Below, piece by piece: positions 55,235 to 64,000 of a stretch of 64,000 nt of DNA. The notes beneath the pieces were generated by a model, which was given only the letters and a program-made list of their open reading frames with translations, did no database searches and had not been told where the DNA came from. Numbering within the stretch: the stretch's first letter is position 1; every line of letters begins with the position of its first letter. A program made the translations under genes and the position numbers. The stretch is from Syncephalis fuscata S228 (lineage: Eukaryota; Fungi; Zoopagomycota): NCBI GenBank assembly GCA_025786725.1, contig JAHLTZ010000014.1:496001-560000 (forward strand). The letters run 5' to 3'.

Positions 55235-56879
55235 CGGACAAAAGGTAAAGAAAAGAAAAGAAAAAACTTATTATTATTTGTCTAGATTTTACAGATTAAT
55301 CTATTACAATAAACCCTACTTTTACTAATAAAATATAATTAACAAAGGATCAAATAATAGAGGATGAATAAATAATAATAGCGAAAGGAGAGTGCATATA
55401 ACAATGAATTGAGTGCATTGAGTCAGACTTTGTAATAAATACAGTTAGAAATAAGCTGATAGTTTTATTATTAAATTTGTCCATTAAACGATATACTGGT
55501 ATACATATATACAATATAATAAATATACAGTGATGCTAGTATAAAAAGTAGCGTTAAAGCTATAGTGCATATAACGTAATAAGTGGAATGATAGGGTGTG
55601 TTGCAGCATATAAACAATAAAGTGTGTCTAGTATATCGTAGAATGATATAAGTAAATGGTGGATACATACATATTGGATAACGAATCTATGATGATGAGT
55701 ATGTAATGCTTGATGTCACTCACCACTCATCAGCATGTTCAATAGATTGGGTGTTATTAAATATTAGTCATTTGTTCCCAAAAAAGCAATAAGTGTGATG
55801 ATGTAACGATTAAATAAAACTCACCACTTATCTTTATGTTCAATAAAACGAAACTGTAGTTCAATTGCGCGAATGTTATTAAAAATAATTATTTGACCTC
55901 AAATCATAATATAATCTAATGATTTGATGATTTAACAAAAATGATTACCCGGCCCCATGTTCAATAAAATAAACGTTTAGTTTGACGGCACGAATGCTGT
56001 CAAACAAATCAATTGGCGCCAATTATAATATTGTTTATTCATATTACATCAGCACTTGCACCCACACTATAAAAACAGTCTGCCGATCGCATAACACACG
56101 ATTTACGTCACACTTTCCTCTTCCTCTTCCTCCACACTTGACAGCGCCTATCCATTAGCCACTCTTCCTCACTTCACACTCGCTTCTATAAATTTGGTAT
56201 ATGCTTTGTCTAGTATATGTCGTGGTTAGTTTTATTAGTATAAGTATGCCTCGTCTCGGTACTACATACCGCCCTGCTGTATGGCGCCGTACAGCAGTGC
56301 TAGCGGTGTCGTTTTACCTTGTGGGCAGCTGCTAGTATGCTAACTGTGATGGATATATGCTACCAAGCATATACTGTTCTCTTTCTGCTATAGCCACCAT
56401 TGTTGTACGGCTGGTATGAGTATGTCCCTCCTGGCTTTGCATATCATCCTGCTATACAGTTGTATAGCAGTGCTAGTGGTATCGCTCTGCCTTGCGGACA
56501 GCCGCCAGCACAATGACTGTGTTGACCATATGCTGCCAAACTCTTTCTTTTTTCTTCTTTCCTTTAACTCTACATTGCTCTCCTCCTCTTTTCTTTTTCT
56601 ACGTTTAAATAATTTATTTACTGGTATTTCCCTATAGTGCACGATCAGTGCAATAGTAAGTAACTAAATTAAATTTGTCACTAACTTTTATATTCAATAA
56701 ATTCGTACTTTAAACAACTAATTATTGACTTTATTGCTATTATAGATTATACCATGGATACTAGCTTAACACATAATACTTTAGATTTACGGGCGGCCGC
56801 TTATCAAGCTATTAATGTAGTTTAATTATTTAACCTACAGACAGTCAGCTACTAACATACTAACCTGCATTGATTAGTA

Positions 56880-57135
56880 TAGAGTTTAGATTACAGAAAT
56901 TAAAGTTACAAGCTTATTTTATTGTGTTAGCGGCCGGCTACCCAAGACTAAAAAATACTAATTTATTAGACTTAGATTTTAGATGGTTATCGTTAACGTA
57001 CTAACTTGCATGAATTATTATAAAGTTTAGGTTACAGAAATTAAGATTACAAGTTTGTTTTAATGTGTTAGCGGCCGGCTACCCAAGACTAAAAAAATAC
57101 TAATTTATTAGACTTAGATTTTAGATGGTCGCTAC
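56880..57135 (+). repeat. Tandem duplication of about 141 bp
   Basis: agtttag(a/g)ttacagaaatt...gtgttagcggccggctacccaagactaaaaaatactaatttattagacttagattttagatgg occurs twice. Confidence 0.85.
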
Positions 57136-57800
57136 TAACATACTAATTTGTTATATTTAGATTTTAAATGGTCGCTATTAACCTACTAATTTGTTATATT
57201 TAGATTTTAGATGATCGCTACTAACCTACTAATTTGTTATATTTAAATTTTGGATGCTCATTATTAACATATTAATTTATCATTTAAATTTTGGATGCTT
57301 ATTATTAGCATACTAATTTGTTATATTTAGATTTTAGATGGCCACTATTAACCTACTAATTTGTTATATTTAGATTTTAGATGGTTGCTATTAACCTACT
57401 AATTTGTTAGACTTAGATTTTAGATGCTTATTATTAGCATATTAATTTATCATTTAAATTTTGGATGCTTATTATTAGCATATTAGTTTACTATTTAAAT
57501 TTTGAATGGTCGCTATTAACCTACTAATTTGTTATAGTTAGATTTTAGATGGTCGCTACTAACATACTAATTTGTTATATTTAAATTTTGGATGCTTATT
57601 ATTAGCATATTAATTTATCATTTAAATTTTGGATGCTTATTATTAGCATACTAATTTGTTATATTTAGATTTTGAATGGCCGCTATTAACGTACTAATTT
57701 GTTATATTTAGATTTTAGATGGTCGCTACTAACACACTAATTTGTTATATTTAAATTTTGAATGGCCGCTATTAACGTACTAATTTGCTATATTTTGGAT
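57100..57800 (+). repeat. Minisatellite, ~41-43 bp unit, about 16 copies
   Basis: Consensus attttagatggtcgctactaacatactaatttgttatatttag, with variants. Confidence 0.9.
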
Positions 57801-58321
57801 TTTTAGGTAGCCGGCCGCTAACACATTAAACAGCATTAACTTTAAATTTTAGGTAACTATATGCTAACACACTAACTTATAATATTTAGATTTAGATAGC
57901 CGGCCGCTAACACACAACAACGACAATTTCAAAATTTAAGTAACTATATACTAACATACTAACTTTGAGCTATTTTAGATTTTAGATAGCCGTTTATCAC
58001 TGTTTGTAGTAGCCATGGCTATGGTGGCTGCAGACATCATAGCCAATCTGCTATGGACAGTGCAAGTGGCTACATTGTGTCCCCTTTGTTTATTATGTAC
58101 ATAGGGTGGCTACAGCGTAGTTTACAAGATATATTAAGCAGTCCGAGTATGCGTTTACGCAGAAAGGCTGCGTGTGAAGTATACTTAACCGTGTATACTT
58201 GTGTATACTACGGCCCATACTTCACACACATTTATATTTCTTTTTAGAAATACATATACAATCATAACTGCTATGAATAATAACAGCACCATTCCGATAT
58301 TACCAAGCAATACCAGCACAG

Positions 58322-58775
58322 GCTACCAAATACAAGCAACACAACACAAGCAGCCAAATACAAGCAGCCAAATACAAGCAACCAAATACAAGCAACCAAA
58401 TACAAGCAATCAAACACAAGCAGCCAAATACAAGCAACCAAACACAAGCAACCAAATACAAGCAATCAAACACAAGCAATCAAATACAAGCAACCAAATA
58501 CAAGCAGCCAAATACAAGCAACCAAACACAAGCAGCCAAATACAAGCAATCAAACACAAGCAACCAAATACAAGCAACCAAATACAAGCAGCCAAATACA
58601 AGCAACCAAACACAAGCAGCCAAATACAAGCAATCAAACACAAGCAACCAAATACAAGCAGCCAAATACAAGCAATTAAATACAAACAGTCAAATACAAG
58701 CAGTCAAATACAAGCAATCAAACACAAGCAACCAAATACAAGCAGTCAAATACAGGCAAATACAAATACACAACT
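58322..58775 (+). repeat. 14-bp tandem repeat array
   Basis: (a/g)(c/t)caaa(t/c)acaagca repeated about 30 times. Confidence 0.95.
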
Positions 58776-58853
58776 ACTAAATAAATAGGCGCAAAGGTTC
58801 ATACCTTTGCATCTTTTAACTAACAGCAATATAATCAATATATTTTATTGCAT

Positions 58854-58887
<34 letters not shown>

Positions 58888-59391
58888 AAATATTATATTT
58901 GTACATACTAACTAATCATTAATTAATTAAAATTTACAAACATTGAATAATTTTTTAATAGTTTAGTGTAATTTAATGCTCAAATGATCAAATCTAATAA
59001 CATTCGCGTAGTTAAACTGCACATTTAATCTATTGAACATGATGATGAGTGGTGAGTGACATCAAGCATCAAATACTCATCATTGTAAATTTATTATCAG
59101 TATCCATATATCCACCATTTACTTATATCATTCCCATTCTATTTCACACTATTATGTATCATTCTACGATATAATAGACATATTCTATTGTTTATATGTT
59201 TCATTGCACTTCACTCATTCCACTCATTGCATTATATGCACTATAACTTTAACATCGTTTTATATGCTTTTTTTACTGTACATTTATCATTCTACATATC
59301 ACTCTATACTCGTATAGCCATGCTTTATCGAAAACTACTTTTATTTTTGTTCTAGCACCATGATTAATAAATGTTAACTAATTCCGCTCAT

Positions 59392-59713
59392 CTGGATTAA
59401 ATGTTTCAGGGGGGAGGCGTGGTGGCCTAAACGGTCAACGCGTCTTCCCTAAAGTAGGAAAATGTTGGTTCGCCTAGTTCGAATCTTGTTTTCAGGAAAT
59501 GCGTGATGGGATCCTTCCGTAGAAGAAATGGTCGATATTCCAACACGTGAGGAGAGCCACCAACGGTTTCAGTTGTAGATGGCAGGTTCTGCGTTGCGCG
59601 CGGATAGGTTCGAAATGAACCGTCTATTCTCCTAGGGGTGGCAGACAAATGCTGCAAATGCGCGGTTAGGTCCTACGGACCGTTGTCTCACTTAAGCTAA
59701 TAAATCCAAATCC
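59392..59713 (+). mobile_element. tRNA-derived SINE (~322 bp) with a 23-bp target-site duplication
   Basis: Perfect direct repeat aaatgttaactaattccgctcat at 59369-59391 and 59714-59736; A-box TGGCCTAAACGG at 59423-59434; B-box GTTCGAATC at 59477-59485; GC-richer than its flanks; 3' hairpin ggtcc-tac-ggacc and an aaatcc-repeat tail. Confidence 0.85.
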
Positions 59714-60259
59714 AAATGTTAACTAATTCCGCTCATTGATCATGCATATATGCTCAATAATTTAAACATAACTAATCGTCATTTCACACCGTATATTATT
59801 TATAGTGTATAATATTTTATTGTCTAATAGTTACGCGCTAGCTATTGCAATTGTCCTTTTTGTTCTAGCTCTATTATTAAGAAAGTTTGACTAATGTCGG
59901 TCATCTGCTCATGCATATATGTTCAATAACTTTAACATTGTTAATCTCGTTTAATATTGCATATTCATTATAGTATTTATTGTTTTATTATATATTGGCC
60001 ATACGCTGTCTATAACCGTTGTCGGTATGGTCCCAACTCTTTAATTAATAAAAATTGACATATCGCACTTAGTTTGTTCACTGAGTTATATTGGTAGAAC
60101 AAATGATATGAATATGAACGGAGTTATGTTTTATTAAGATTATTTATAAACAAACTAGATCATGTCAATTAGTTATGATTTTAATGCTACTCAAGCAAAA
60201 TGACGGGTATATATAGTAATAACACATACTATGATTATATATGCATACTATATAATTAA

Positions 60260-60347
60260 TCTATAATGATGAGTGTTTGATAACTGATGTCACTCACCAT
60301 CCATCGTCATGTTCAATAGATTAAGTGTTATTAAAAATAGTCATTTA
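60260..60347 (+). repeat. Third partial copy of the foldback-arm sequence
   Basis: tgatgtcactcaccatccatcgtcatgttcaatagattaagtgttattaaa matches 55710-55761 in the same orientation. Confidence 0.8.
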
Positions 60348-60606
60348 ACCACCAAGTTATACTAAACAGTTAATAAATGTTTATAAAACGGTAATGATAA
60401 CAATAATGTGAAATGACACAACATGTTATATTAGTGCAATAACTATTTTATTGTTTAATAATAACATCAAAGTTATAGCACTGGTATTTACACTCGTAGT
60501 ATTTTATTTAATTAGCAAAATATAATATATATGATATTATAATCTTTATTTTGTATAAAGCATGTACCAGTGAATAGTAGCCTGATACATACCATCACAA
60601 TATGAC

Positions 60607-62061
60607 TTAAAGCTTGCTATGTTGTATAGTTGTCATTGGCAGTTGACGAATACGTTTTTGAATACGAGCAACCTTACCCTTAATTTCAAAGTCCAATTGA
60701 TGAACAGACTTGCTTGAATTGAACGATTGCTTATTAAATTCAGAGTGGCGCCAATCTTCTTGTAATACAGCGCAAAAAGTTTTGTCTGATAAGTGGTGGA
60801 ATTCCGGTGAATAGGTAGGAATTGGTCGTGCATTTAGTTGTCGTTCAATATCAGTTATTTTGGATATTTGGCTAAGTTCTTCAAGCATACACCATTGAGG
60901 TGGCATAAGATTAAGACGCCCCGTAGGATACTCAGTTAACGCTTCTTTGGGTGTGTACCAAGCACTTGCAACCGTCTCGCCACCATCATGATATTGTCGC
61001 GAGGTCACTGTGTTTTTATCAACATCTGTCGATTCAATACAGGATGCCGAGTCAAATACACCCAACTGACGTGACTCCGTCTCATTCAGGGCAATAAGAT
61101 AGAATCGCGTGTCAAATCGACGCTTTTCAATCTTGGGTGTAATCCATCGCTGGAAACAAACGAGTCGATCAACAGCTGGTTTTAATTGATGCTCTTTACA
61201 AATATTAAAAAAAGCTTGTGGGTCTGCGTAAACCTGGTTAAAATAAATCAAATACATTACATTATAGTGTGATTAATACAGATAACTAGTATAATGATGG
61301 AATGCACTAAATATACCTCTTTTCTCCATTCAACTAGTTGCTCATCGGAAAATCGACCAGCAATCGATGGTTCAGTAATTAGAATGCCTGATTCTTCAAA
61401 TGTTTCACGTAAAGCACAAATACGATATGCCAAATCCATAGCGTCTGTTATCTTTGACGTAGTCATTAATGCTGACCAGTTGTCATGCTGATCGGCCAGT
61501 TCCATAGCACCACCTAGACACTGTGTTATTATCAGTTAGTCAACCAGTTGATTGACTATTTACCTGGAAAGGCATGCATATTGCTAAACGCACCACGCGC
61601 CGATCTATAGCCATTAGGTCAATATTGACATTAAAATGGTCATTTGCTAAATACTTGCCGTTTTAACATTAAAATACGATAGTTTGTCTCTATGGTTGAT
61701 GAATGGTAAGTCTTGTTCTGCCAGGGTGCAGCAATCAATAGTCTAGGTGCATATTTAAATGCGTCATTATAATTCATATTAACATTATTATTGTTGAGTA
61801 ATTGACAAGGATAGTAATAATGCAGCCTGTACATCAAACTTACGAGGCCGATGGTCGTGGCAATGGAGCCTTTGTCGTGTCAATTGTACTAGACGACATG
61901 TTAGGAATATAGATAATACCGCGTAAAAATGTTAAAAATGGCTTTGCTGGACGAGTAGCAATAAAGGGAGACAATAGTGAATGTGTTAGCAAGGGACGAG
62001 AGATGCAGTTAGTAATAGCAGCGCGACAATGAACAGTCCTGGGTCCGATAGTTGTCCACAT
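60607..62061 (-). CDS. NUDT19-like Nudix hydrolase (acyl-CoA diphosphatase), multi-exon
   Basis: PRPSASLLIAAP, YRILMLKR, FSNMHAFPGG, RICALRETFEESGILI (Nudix box), RWITPKIEKRRFDTRFYL, LMPPQW. Confidence 0.88.
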
Positions 62062-62403
62062 GAGAAAACGGCAATATATAGAGAGAGTAAACTAGGATAT
62101 ATAAGAAAGAGCAAGTACGTGTGGGGAATTAACCAATATTTCCACGCCTACGGGTCATATTACATCCGACCATTGTAATTAGAAATGTATGCGTGTAACC
62201 ATTACTAGATTTACTTTGGTCTTGCATCTCCATATTTTTGAGTCATAATGAAAACCAATGAGACATTTTTCGTTATATGATGATACTTCATTATCGTCAA
62301 CTGGTTAAATAGAGCTAACTTTATGGATTAATAATTTAGAACAAGCATACGTTATTAAATATTTGTTGATTTGTCTTCGTTATTAGTTATTTCTCTTACA
62401 AAT

Positions 62404-63230
62404 ATGACTGTACGTAAAAATAGCGGAAAGGTATGTTTTACACTAAATATTAATAATAAATATTATTATTTACACTGTGCATTATTTTAGCCGATGGCGG
62501 CTGGTAGCTCTGCAATCTCGTGTTCATCCGATGTGGCTTCACGTAAAAAAAATTGTTCATCCGACAAGCCAGTGTATGTCAATATTCCTACATCCACTGT
62601 AACACGTAAAACTTCACCACAAAATGACAATCTATCTCATATGAAAGTGTCGACCAACTACAGTACATCCGATGGATCAAGTGACATTCTAGCCTACAAT
62701 GACTATCTGCCTTATAAGTTTCATACTATCCAGACGCATCAACGTTCTCGCCCAGTCTTATCGCTCGTATTGCGGATCAATATATGATCGACAAGAAAGA
62801 TCAATGGGAAACATTTCGGTAATATTAGCTTGTTTTACTAATTATGCCATTGTATTAACACTGTTCATTACACTTTATATATTTTATATAGAATGCCCAT
62901 ACTTGAAATGTCTGCTCAAGACATTTATTTAGAAGAGCGCCATACACGCCATGCACTGCGCTTAGATCTGGTGCTATTTGAAAAGGTATGGAATCCGAAT
63001 AGCTAGCTAGCACGTTGACATGCTAATTCGCCACTAAACTTAATAGAATTTATCGATTTCCCTCCATCAGCTTTATCATCTACAATTCACTAATTATATG
63101 GATGTTCAGAAGATGTGTGATCAATATCTATCTGAACAGTTAACAAGACTATTTGCGATCGAATGGAAGATTGATTTGCTCAGCCAACCCAGTGTAGGTA
63201 GAGCAAATAACGCTTATCATCGATACTGAT
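62404..63230 (+). CDS. Hypothetical protein, multi-exon, with apparent frameshifts
   Basis: ATG at 62404; canonical introns at about 62431-62490, 62819-62891 and 62986-63046; Ser-rich N-terminus and helical-looking C-terminus; no recognised domain. Confidence 0.4.
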
Positions 63231-63555
63231 ATAAAATACAGGCACCTACACCGCGTGATTCGCTGTTGGATACAGCATTTGGCAACATGGAATATCCAAG
63301 CTATTGATCTATAATCTAGTAGAATAAAAAAGGGAATTGTAATACAAAGGTGTTGCTGGTGTAGTAACAGTAGTAGTAGGCTAATATTTACTTTGATTTC
63401 CCCAAAGCAGCAAATCTTTTTACTCAATCAATTGTAATGATTTGAATAGTTGAATTATGTTTAAATGCCATCTACAATAAACACTAATGTTAGTACATTA
63501 CATTACCATTTTCATAAAATAAAATGTAACGGAGCATTGTATCGCTAGCTGCTAT

Positions 63556-64000
63556 TTTAAACATTTAAATAAATAATGTAACATACTATTTGATTCCATT
63601 GAAATGTTTGAGGTTGATCATTGTTGTTGTTGGCCATGTGTAGAAAGGTTGATCAAATATTAATAAAAGCCATTGATTGCAATTCCATAACGTTCCGCAG
63701 CTGTTATTGTTGTTACTATGACAGTGTGGTTTCTTGCATCTAAATGGTCTGTTCTATTTTACAATCTTCTAATGTTGCATTTTGGGCAGATTTACGCTGT
63801 AAGATACTCGCCTATGGTGACAAAAGGTAGAATGATTAGCATTTCTGATGTTCACCATTTTCTTGAGCATTTTTGATATCAACTTGGTAGGCGCAGTTTA
63901 TTTGCCGACCACTGATCAAGCAAATGGCCTCCCCATATGCAATAATGATAGGTTGAGTGTCTTCACCAGGAAGATCTTGTGGCGGCAGTTGTAACCAGAA
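63556..64000 (-). mobile_element. Fanzor1 C-terminal pseudogene (continues beyond the window)
   Basis: Minus-strand fragments PIIIAYGEA, VTIGEYLTA*ICPKCN, FRCKKPHC..CGTLWN and MAFINI*STFLHMANNNNDQPQTF occur in the order expected for RuvC II, Zn finger and RuvC III of TnpB/Fanzor. Confidence 0.72.

Larger units (their letters stand above)
55490..59320. mobile_element. Non-autonomous foldback-like element with long imperfect inverted arms (about 55490-55900 and 58980-59320)
   Basis: tgatgtcactcaccactcatcagcatgttcaatagatt (near 55710) is the reverse complement of aatctattgaacatgatgatgagtggtgagtgacatca (near 59027) with one mismatch; further matching blocks lie on both sides; no transposase ORF inside. 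Confidence 0.6.

Noticed and set aside
57100-57800. Regular array as a CRISPR
   Set aside because: Units are contiguous variants of one sequence with no unique spacers, there are no cas genes, and the context is eukaryotic.
58201-58788. 195-aa repetitive ORF and its antisense ORFs as proteins
   Set aside because: They are a by-product of a 14-bp repeat (not a multiple of 3) that lacks stops in several frames.
59409-59497. Functional tRNA gene
   Set aside because: A and B boxes are present, but the acceptor stem does not pair well and the sequence is the head of a TSD-flanked insertion.

Overview
AT-rich eukaryotic genomic DNA with many short GT-AG introns. It most likely comes from an early-diverging fungus (Zoopagomycota/Mucoromycota-like; this is inferred from gene content and intron style). 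Recognisable genes: a LisH/LUFS-polyQ-WD40 corepressor, a histidine phosphatase, an MSP/VAP protein, a PH-FYVE protein, Cbp3, a WNK kinase, a bHLH factor, a NOL8-like RRM protein, Prp4, PMT4, an Ipa1/UBE3D-like protein and a NUDT19-like Nudix hydrolase. Many carry single-base frameshifts that are probably assembly errors. The accessory DNA holds three secreted pseudokinase-like paralogues, a solitary Gag-derived ORF, three Fanzor1 (TnpB-like) remnants (one with a candidate omega-RNA end), a tRNA-derived SINE with a 23-bp target-site duplication, and a ~3.8-kb foldback element with internal satellites. The main discovery is at 42716-43796, a region with no ORF in the supplied track. A signal-peptide exon is followed by eleven 3-nt microexons spaced about 83 nt apart. 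Spliced together they read in frame as a disulfide-loop peptide (KPNRINCDPGRFYPFVPC-stop), roughly one residue per exon. Gene boundaries were read by eye and are approximate.
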